The position numbers and the translations under genes were made by a program. The notes beneath the pieces are model-generated. The model was given only the letters and a program-made list of their open reading frames with translations. It had not been told where the DNA came from and made no database searches. This document shows positions 57,811 through 64,000 of a stretch of DNA of 64,000 nucleotides, one piece after another (the stretch's first letter is position 1; each line of letters begins with the position of its first letter). This stretch comes from Candidatus Magasanikiibacteriota bacterium (GTDB lineage Bacteria > Patescibacteriota > Patescibacteriia > Magasanikbacterales > GWA2-37-8), in NCBI GenBank assembly GCA_017991415.1, contig JAGOQR010000002.1, positions 17,026 through 81,025 on the forward strand. Direction: 5' to 3'.

Positions 57811-58368
57811 CTACAAGGCGGTAAGATAAGCAATTGCTTGTCTAACACACTCCTCAATCGTATGTGGCGGCGAGGTATCAAGTTCAAGGTGTGGCAAGAC
57901 TGGTGTGTCATAGCGACTCTTGACTTCGTGATACCGTGCAAGTGAGTTCACAGACGAAACAGAGTTAACGCCGAAATGGCGTCTAGAAAGACGATCTGCA
58001 ATTTCTTGATCTGTATCATTCTGAGGATGACACCAGATAACTCGCAGATTCACCGAGGGGCAACCAGTCAACACACGTTGAAAATTCTCCCAGTAACTGG
58101 ACCGAGAGAACGTCGCTGTAATGATGAGAGATTTGCCCACTCTCAAACCAATACCAACTGCAGCGTACAAGAGCTCGTAACTACCCTTCATCTCCACCCG
58201 ATCCAATTCCATTGCAGCCTCGGAAACATCGGGGAAAGGATTGGGCAAACCAAAGTGCAAAGCACGGATTCGATCAATATCGAGCCAGTGAATGCCAAGT
58301 TCACTAGAGATCTGACTTGCCAGAGTATCCTTGCCAGACACTGGCCAACCACAAATAACCACGATCAT
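57811..58368 (-). CDS. P-loop NTPase/kinase (AAA_33-like), noticeably higher GC than its neighbours
   Basis: Walker A ICGWPVSGKDT at the N-terminus. About 185 aa. Roughly 48% GC by eye against a roughly 35% flank. Confidence 0.4.
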   Translation of the reverse strand: MIVVICGWPVSGKDTLASQISSELGIHWLDIDRIRALHFGLPNPFPDVSEAAMELDRVEMKGSYELLYAAVGIGLRVGKSLIITATFSRSSYWENFQRVLTGCPSVNLRVIWCHPQNDTDQEIADRLSRRHFGVNSVSSVNSLARYHEVKSRYDTPVLPHLELDTSPPHTIEECVRQAIAYLTAL

Positions 58369-58455
58369 TTGGGGTAGTTGGAGTAGTTGTTTAATCACTC
58401 TAATTCTCCTTGCAAAGGAGTATAATTGTTTTTTATTCCTTAGTCAATTATATGT

Positions 58456-59787
58456 TTAAATACCAAATCGGTGCTCCAAAAAATCTCTGACTTTAAAATA
58501 AAACTGCCTTGGCTTATTCAGCACATTAATGCAAACTTCCCCAATCGACAATTCTCCAAACTCTTGCTTGAGGCGTTTTTTATACTCTTCCTTATAGGCC
58601 AGAATTTCTTCCTGCGAAGGATAGAAATCAACACCCTTATAGTAACTAATTATTTTTGGATCAACATATTGATTGTTCTGCACCATTTTTTCAACTGCAA
58701 TCTTTTCTAGTTGCTCAGCAGTTCTTTTTGGATCATACATGCGGGCAACTTTTTCACGAGCTGCTTCTCCCATTTGAAGCCTCTGATTTTTATTTTTATA
58801 TAGATACTCTACTGCTCGAGCAAATGTTTGTGGATGATTAGCAATAATACCCGTTTTCATATGCTCAATCATTTCGAGCTGATTATTATCGCGATCTGGC
58901 GTAGAATTAATTACAACTGGTTTTTTAAATACCCCCGCTTCAGCTAATGTCATACCAAATGATTCTCCAATTTTTGAAGTATGAGTATAGACATCAATCG
59001 TTTTAAAAAATAACGCAACTTCACGATCATCAAGCGTGGCAGGCAACAAAATATAATGATCTTTATATTTACTTGCCCGCACTCTTCTTTTTCTTGATTC
59101 TGGCATTTCTTGAACAATAAATTTTATATTAGGCACAAGCTTAACAAGATATGGCATCATATACAACAGCAGGTCACTCCATTTTTCTATAGCTGGACGA
59201 CACAATTTACCTATCACAAAATCGCCCTCTCTGATGCCTAATTTATTTTTATAAGCCTGTATATCAGCCTCTGATACCTGTATAGCATCCCAACCGGCAC
59301 AATCAATAGGATGGTAGACAATCTTAGTTTTTTCAAAATCAAAGCGCCCCACTTCCTTTATATATCTTTCATTGAGCATCATCTTACTAACCTGCAAACT
59401 ACAGTCAATCAGAGGAAAACTTTTCTCATCAAATTTACCAAAAAAATTAGTTTCTAAGATAACAATTTTTGGGTTAATCAACTTTGCCTGACGATACAAT
59501 TCATATTGAAACGAATCATAATGACCAGACCGATGCATATGAATAATATCTATCTTCCATTTTTTTATCGCTTCTTTCACTACTTCAATATTTTTATCTG
59601 CAATCACGTACTCTGTGCCAATACGAGTAAAGTCCTGCTCTTTCCCTCCTACTTTTCCTTCAGAAAGCACTTTAGCTTCAAACCATTCTCTATTTATACC
59701 TTTACAAAAATTCAAAACAATCCGATTGGTACAATCAATCTTATGAATAATCTCTAAAATATTAATTTTTTGATTTGTATGTGTCAT
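58456..59787 (-). CDS. GT-B fold glycosyltransferase (family 4-like)
   Basis: C-terminal SKIGESFGMTLAEAGVFKKPVV GT1/GT4 motif. Confidence 0.5.
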   Translation of the reverse strand: MTHTNQKINILEIIHKIDCTNRIVLNFCKGINREWFEAKVLSEGKVGGKEQDFTRIGTEYVIADKNIEVVKEAIKKWKIDIIHMHRSGHYDSFQYELYRQAKLINPKIVILETNFFGKFDEKSFPLIDCSLQVSKMMLNERYIKEVGRFDFEKTKIVYHPIDCAGWDAIQVSEADIQAYKNKLGIREGDFVIGKLCRPAIEKWSDLLLYMMPYLVKLVPNIKFIVQEMPESRKRRVRASKYKDHYILLPATLDDREVALFFKTIDVYTHTSKIGESFGMTLAEAGVFKKPVVINSTPDRDNNQLEMIEHMKTGIIANHPQTFARAVEYLYKNKNQRLQMGEAAREKVARMYDPKRTAEQLEKIAVEKMVQNNQYVDPKIISYYKGVDFYPSQEEILAYKEEYKKRLKQEFGELSIGEVCINVLNKPRQFYFKVRDFLEHRFGI

Positions 59788-59796
59788 AAAAATTAA

Positions 59797-60573
59797 TTAA
59801 TTATGGGCGAACAGTTTAAATTTATACATTGCCCTAGATACTATAAGAATAATAAAATTTACTACGGATTGAGTCCAAGATAATTGCATGCCACTATTTT
59901 TAAAGACATCTGGCAATGGCTCTGTTATAGAGCGCCCAACAATACAGTAGGTTAATATTCTGCGATTAATTCTCTGCCCTCCCGATGTATAATCTTCACG
60001 ATCTTTAGATGAGCGAGCCAAATGAGTTAAATGCCAAAATTTATGCTGCAATAAATATATTTTTTTTGTCTTAAAAAAATCCTCGCCTTTTTTTGTATAC
60101 GGTGCATCTTCATTATAACTCCCCTTCCAACAAACATCTCCGTTTTTTATAAAACGAGCAGTTGTATAGCTTTGTTTATAATGTCTATGATATACGTCTC
60201 CTACACATTCATAAAAATTACTGGTAATACCCTCGTACAAACCGCCATTCATAATTTGGACTGCCTCAAGCACTGCTTCTTTTTTCCAAACCTCATCACC
60301 GTCCAAAATCATAAACCAGTCAGTTTTTGTTCGCTCAATCATCTCTTGGCGCAACGCTGTATGCCGAACTTTATCAGCACTGCCCTTTTCTTCAAAAATT
60401 ATTTTATGAGGATACGTTAATTGTAGTTGTTTTATTATAGCAACTGTTTTATCAGTAGAGCCTGTATCGAAAACCAATACTTCATCAACAAAATCTATAA
60501 CAGAAGAAATGGCATAACCAATAAAATTTTCTTCATTCTTTACCAAACAGTGAGCAGTAAGTGTTACGGACAT
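59797..60573 (-). CDS. family 2 glycosyltransferase-like protein
   Basis: HCLVKNEENFIGYAI...LVFDTGSTDKT...ILDGDE. Confidence 0.5.
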   Translation of the reverse strand: MSVTLTAHCLVKNEENFIGYAISSVIDFVDEVLVFDTGSTDKTVAIIKQLQLTYPHKIIFEEKGSADKVRHTALRQEMIERTKTDWFMILDGDEVWKKEAVLEAVQIMNGGLYEGITSNFYECVGDVYHRHYKQSYTTARFIKNGDVCWKGSYNEDAPYTKKGEDFFKTKKIYLLQHKFWHLTHLARSSKDREDYTSGGQRINRRILTYCIVGRSITEPLPDVFKNSGMQLSWTQSVVNFIILIVSRAMYKFKLFAHN

Positions 60574-60585
60574 AAATTTCTATAA

Positions 60586-61887
60586 TTACATTGCTACTAT
60601 ATCCTTTTTTTTAAGTAGGTACAAAGCACAGAATATGTTGTAAAGAAGCGATACTAATATGCCAAGGCCAAACGTATACGCGGCGCCCATAATTCCAAAA
60701 ATAGGGATAAGAATGATATTGCCGATAATATTAACAAGCAAACCAGTAAAACCAGCCCAAAAAACTAAGTGCGTCCGATTAAAAACAGTAATAGTCAAAG
60801 AAAAAGGAATAGCGATAATATTTAAGACCAAACTATATGCCAACACCAGATACACAGGCATGGAAGACAAATATTTTTGACCAAAAAATAATGGGATTAG
60901 GAACTGAGATGGATAGATAAACAACGCCACGCTAATTGCCACAACCAGAGTCCACTTAACAGTGCGTTTAATAAAAATAATAAGCGCAGCTTTATCAGTC
61001 AAGCTACTGGCTCTTGGCGTAAGAGCCGAATTAATAGAGCTATAAATTAATGGGAAGAACTGAATAAGCTGGTAGGCCACATTATAGATAGCCACATTGG
61101 CCAGGCCCATCAAACGACTAATCATAACACTATCAATTCTTGTAGCAAAAATAGACATGAGCGAAGAAATTGTTAACCAAAAACTAAATTTAACCAAATC
61201 AGAATGCAACTTGCTCTTTGCTTCGGTGCTAATAACAGTCTTGCGAAAATTTTCTGGCAAAACTTTATAGTTGGTTAAAAATAAAAGCCACGGAACAAAA
61301 ATATATACTGAGAGATATGCAAAGAGATTAGTCACACCAAAAGCAAGTAAAATTATAGCTATAATTAAACGGAGCACCCCTTTGAGCGACTGAAGCGAGG
61401 CATTATAAAAAAATCTTTGCTTTGCTTGCAAAAAAGTAGCAAGGAATCCAAGCAACACAACCCCTCCAATACCAAGGAAGGAATATGCTAAATATGGCGC
61501 CACCTCAGGCTCACCCAAAACATACCTGGCGAGAGGGTAGGAAAAAACAACTCCCCCAACGGTAAGCACCCAGGTCAAGGCCACACGCCATTGCCAGATT
61601 GTTTTTATCAACTGACTTAACTTCTCTGACTGGTTAGTAGAAATATAATAGGGGGCAAACCTAAGCAGCCCTGCATTAAGACCAAAATCTGATAATTCAG
61701 CTACCGTACTCAGAGCCAAAATCGAAAGAGAAAAAACACCAAAACGATCGGCATTCATCATGCGTGCCAATAAAATATTTAAAACAAATAAAGAAACGCC
61801 ATTGATGAGATAACTAAAATAAATAAAGCTGGCGTGATGCAGGGCTTTTTTTTGAAAAATTAATTTTACTCTTTCTTGAATATGCAT
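60586..61887 (-). CDS. MOP-superfamily polysaccharide flippase (Wzx-like)
   Basis: 12-14 TM helices. Typical Wzx-like length and organisation. Confidence 0.5.
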   Translation of the reverse strand: MHIQERVKLIFQKKALHHASFIYFSYLINGVSLFVLNILLARMMNADRFGVFSLSILALSTVAELSDFGLNAGLLRFAPYYISTNQSEKLSQLIKTIWQWRVALTWVLTVGGVVFSYPLARYVLGEPEVAPYLAYSFLGIGGVVLLGFLATFLQAKQRFFYNASLQSLKGVLRLIIAIILLAFGVTNLFAYLSVYIFVPWLLFLTNYKVLPENFRKTVISTEAKSKLHSDLVKFSFWLTISSLMSIFATRIDSVMISRLMGLANVAIYNVAYQLIQFFPLIYSSINSALTPRASSLTDKAALIIFIKRTVKWTLVVAISVALFIYPSQFLIPLFFGQKYLSSMPVYLVLAYSLVLNIIAIPFSLTITVFNRTHLVFWAGFTGLLVNIIGNIILIPIFGIMGAAYTFGLGILVSLLYNIFCALYLLKKKDIVAM

Positions 61888-61890
61888 ATA

Positions 61891-63426
61891 TTATTCTTTG
61901 ACTGATTTACCAGAAGCAGCAATAGAATCTTCAATATTATAATTAACCATTCTCCACTTATAGAGATAGTACGACGGATATACGAACACTGAAATTACAA
62001 CATAATAAAAAAACCACAGATGCATGGTGGCATCTCCCCCATTAGTAATCTGAAAATTAAGCATCCATACGAAGTAAAAAAATAATGGTGAGATGGTAAT
62101 CCAAGCAGTAATTTTTTTTATATATTCATTTTTACTTTTTATATACGCCATTATACCAAGCGGCAAAAGCCACGTTGTATACCATGGCCAGACTGCCTTT
62201 TGCCAAAAAATCATATACACCACCATACTCACAAAAAATGCATTTAAAAAATCGACTTCACTTAAAACCGCTCTTCTAAAAATAACTAATAGAGATTTTT
62301 TGATAAATGGATACATAAAATATAAAACCACCGACAACAAACCAAATTGTACAAACCTGGTTAGATACCAATGATAGTTGACTCCAATCAAAAAATTGAA
62401 TAATGGCGCAAGCGTATAATAGAGAACAGCAAAGGTACTACTGACTGCCCATTTTGATAGTTTTGATATGGTGTCAAAAACAATAAATCCGCGCCAAAAT
62501 GTACCCCATGCCAAAACAGTTATAATTGCGGAAATTAATATACCAGCCAATTGCCCACCAAGCATCTTCTTCCAATTTTGCCCATCTATATCTTGCCACC
62601 ACTTAACCACAAACCATGGCACAAAAAATATTGGTATAAATTTTATCCAAATACCTATAAACAAACACGGCAATACCAACCACCATTTTTTACGTTGAGC
62701 AAAAATTAAAGCTATCAGAATAAATACCAGCCAAATCGCATCAAAATGACCACTTACCATCCATTCAAACAACGCTGCTGGCTGTAACAGCCATAATAGC
62801 CATAGATTATTTTTCTCTACTGCATTCGAAGAAGTGTCCAAAAATTTCCACAAAAGCCAACCTAACAAAAAGAAAAATAGACCAACAACTACTTTCCACA
62901 AGAGAATAAAGATAACTACATTGTCATGACTTATAGCATACAGGGCACCGAAAACTCGAGCCGTAACAGGTCCATACGGAAACTTATCATTTAATTTTGC
63001 GGGCGGTTGTACAAAGTGGTTTTCTCTATTCCATTCCTGCACAAACATATCTGTACCAGCATGCTCAGCCTTGCCCGCATAAAAATAAAATACCACATCT
63101 CCAGAAGCAAAAGGCACAACCAAAGAAGCCAAAAAAATAAATAGGGCTGCTATCCATACAATTTTTTTGCTGTATGGTTCCTTTTCACGATTTTGATAAA
63201 ATTTCCACAAAAAAAATCCTGAATAAACAAGACAAGTAAAAATTAAAAAAAGCAAACAAACAAGTGTGACTCGTAACCCTGCACTGAGGTGAGCCGAACA
63301 AAAAAGCCAGCTCATACCAAAATAGCATGCACGCCCAACTATCTTTGGATATTGCAATACCGAAAATAACGCTAGAGCTAACCAGCCTGAGAGACCAAAG
63401 GTAATGGCCTTCCTGAGATAGGACAT
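61891..63426 (-). CDS. polytopic membrane protein (GT-C-like glycosyltransferase or polymerase candidate)
   Basis: 14 or more TM helices. Confidence 0.3.
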   Translation of the reverse strand: MSYLRKAITFGLSGWLALALFSVLQYPKIVGRACYFGMSWLFCSAHLSAGLRVTLVCLLFLIFTCLVYSGFFLWKFYQNREKEPYSKKIVWIAALFIFLASLVVPFASGDVVFYFYAGKAEHAGTDMFVQEWNRENHFVQPPAKLNDKFPYGPVTARVFGALYAISHDNVVIFILLWKVVVGLFFFLLGWLLWKFLDTSSNAVEKNNLWLLWLLQPAALFEWMVSGHFDAIWLVFILIALIFAQRKKWWLVLPCLFIGIWIKFIPIFFVPWFVVKWWQDIDGQNWKKMLGGQLAGILISAIITVLAWGTFWRGFIVFDTISKLSKWAVSSTFAVLYYTLAPLFNFLIGVNYHWYLTRFVQFGLLSVVLYFMYPFIKKSLLVIFRRAVLSEVDFLNAFFVSMVVYMIFWQKAVWPWYTTWLLPLGIMAYIKSKNEYIKKITAWITISPLFFYFVWMLNFQITNGGDATMHLWFFYYVVISVFVYPSYYLYKWRMVNYNIEDSIAASGKSVKE

Positions 63427-63494
63427 AATCGAAAGGTATGGCCGAAATTAATATAACTATAAATTAACGCGTTGAGATTTTGAACGATAGCTGC

Positions 63495-64000
63495 TTACGA
63501 TTCGTAGGCGCTCAAAAAATCTGCAAAACATTCAACAATATACGCCATCATTTCTTTGGTAAGCCCTGGATATACGCCGATCCAGAACGTATTATTCATA
63601 ATTAAATCAGTATTTTTAAGATCTCCAACAACTCTATATTCTATTTTATTATTTATAAAATACGGCTGCTTAGTAAGATTGCCTGCAAACAAATACCGAG
63701 TAGCAATTTGCTTCTCCTGAAAGAATTGAACAATAAGATCTCGATCAAACGGCGCATCAGGTTTGATAGTAAGCAAGAACCCGAACCAACTTGGGTCAGC
63801 ATTATCCAACCACTTTGGTAAAATGAAATATTTTTCAAATTTCTGCAACGCAGAATACAAAATCTTAAAATTTTCTTTGCGTTTTGCTACAAAACTTTCC
63901 AATTTATCAAGCTGCGCCACTCCCAAAGCAGCTTGAATATCGGTAACCTTCAAATTATAACCTAGCTCTGAATAAATATATTTATGATCATAGCCATACG
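63495..64000 (-). CDS. DegT/DnrJ/EryC1/StrS-family sugar aminotransferase, C-terminal part (5' end beyond window)
   Basis: C-terminal domain motifs ...DIQAALGVAQLDKLESFVAKRKENF...WFGFLLT... The ORF is still open at the window end. Confidence 0.6.
   Translation of the reverse strand, partial: YGYDHKYIYSELGYNLKVTDIQAALGVAQLDKLESFVAKRKENFKILYSALQKFEKYFILPKWLDNADPSWFGFLLTIKPDAPFDRDLIVQFFQEKQIATRYLFAGNLTKQPYFINNKIEYRVVGDLKNTDLIMNNTFWIGVYPGLTKEMMAYIVECFADFLSAYES

Noticed and set aside
58408-58436. Hairpin ctccttgcaaaggag followed by tataattgtttttt as a terminator
   Set aside because: It sits in the 5' region of the minus-strand kinase gene and downstream of nothing on the plus strand. No T-run follows immediately. 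It is more likely part of the kinase gene's promoter or leader.
14078-62698. Numerous 60-145 aa ORFs antisense to large genes (for example 14078..14515, 17800..18123, 32309..32716, 55497..55931, 62093..62374)
   Set aside because: They are fully embedded in well-supported genes on the opposite strand. AT-rich genomes generate long spurious antisense ORFs, and none has a recognisable motif or promoter.
1-64000. CRISPR arrays, rRNA genes, transposase/integrase genes, prophage genes
   Set aside because: There are no regularly spaced direct repeats, no rRNA-like conserved stretches, and no ORF with recombinase, transposase or phage structural motifs. The only recombination-associated signature is the excisionase-type HTH at 5374..5718.

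Overview
This window is a low-GC (roughly one-third G+C by eye), gene-dense bacterial chromosome segment with almost every gene on the minus strand. The gene content and style (no strong Shine-Dalgarno sites, many GT2 glycosyltransferases, a lone rpmA) are consistent with a small-genome, possibly CPR/Patescibacteria-like organism. That is inference, not proof.

Housekeeping and envelope genes:
- 1-2721: 5' part of a very large secreted surface-protein gene, downstream of an ECF sigma/anti-sigma pair.
- 2994-5718: the ECF sigma/anti-sigma pair, and a divergent excisionase-type HTH gene across two long perfect palindromes.
- 5819-8753: a DUF11-like repeat membrane protein and an amino-acid permease.
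- 9742-9951: tRNA-Val and tRNA-Lys.
- 10015-15501: murG, a kinase-like gene, rpoD and dnaG.
- 15575-21317: a glutamine amidotransferase and a MacAB/HlyD-type ABC efflux operon with an AbrB-like regulator.
- 21377-24604: the CCA-adding enzyme, pilT and a DUF4230-like membrane protein.
- 26107 to the window end: a ~38 kb surface-glycan locus. It holds a dTDP-sugar branch (RmlA/B/C/D-like, FdtA-like isomerase, DegT aminotransferase) and a UDP-GlcA branch (Ugd, UXS-like domain fused to a sugar C-methyltransferase). It also holds a complete GDP-heptose branch (GmhA, HddA, GmhB, HddC), about 15 glycosyltransferases, a Wzx-like flippase and GT-C-like membrane proteins. FtsW and rpmA are embedded in it.

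Accessory features:
- Three compositionally foreign, high-GC islands (about 8929-9646, 24759-25325 and 25555-25905), each carrying one small ORF with GC-rich third codon positions (the first is a lipoprotein).
- Each island sits beside a host-style AT-rich junction carrying a near-consensus sigma-70 promoter and a long hairpin.
- Two of the hairpins (H2 at 24697-24758, H3 at 25493-25554) are clearly homologous, with compensatory stem changes and a conserved 3-4 nt bulge.
- This looks like an array of cassette-like insertions. No recombinase gene is visible in the window.
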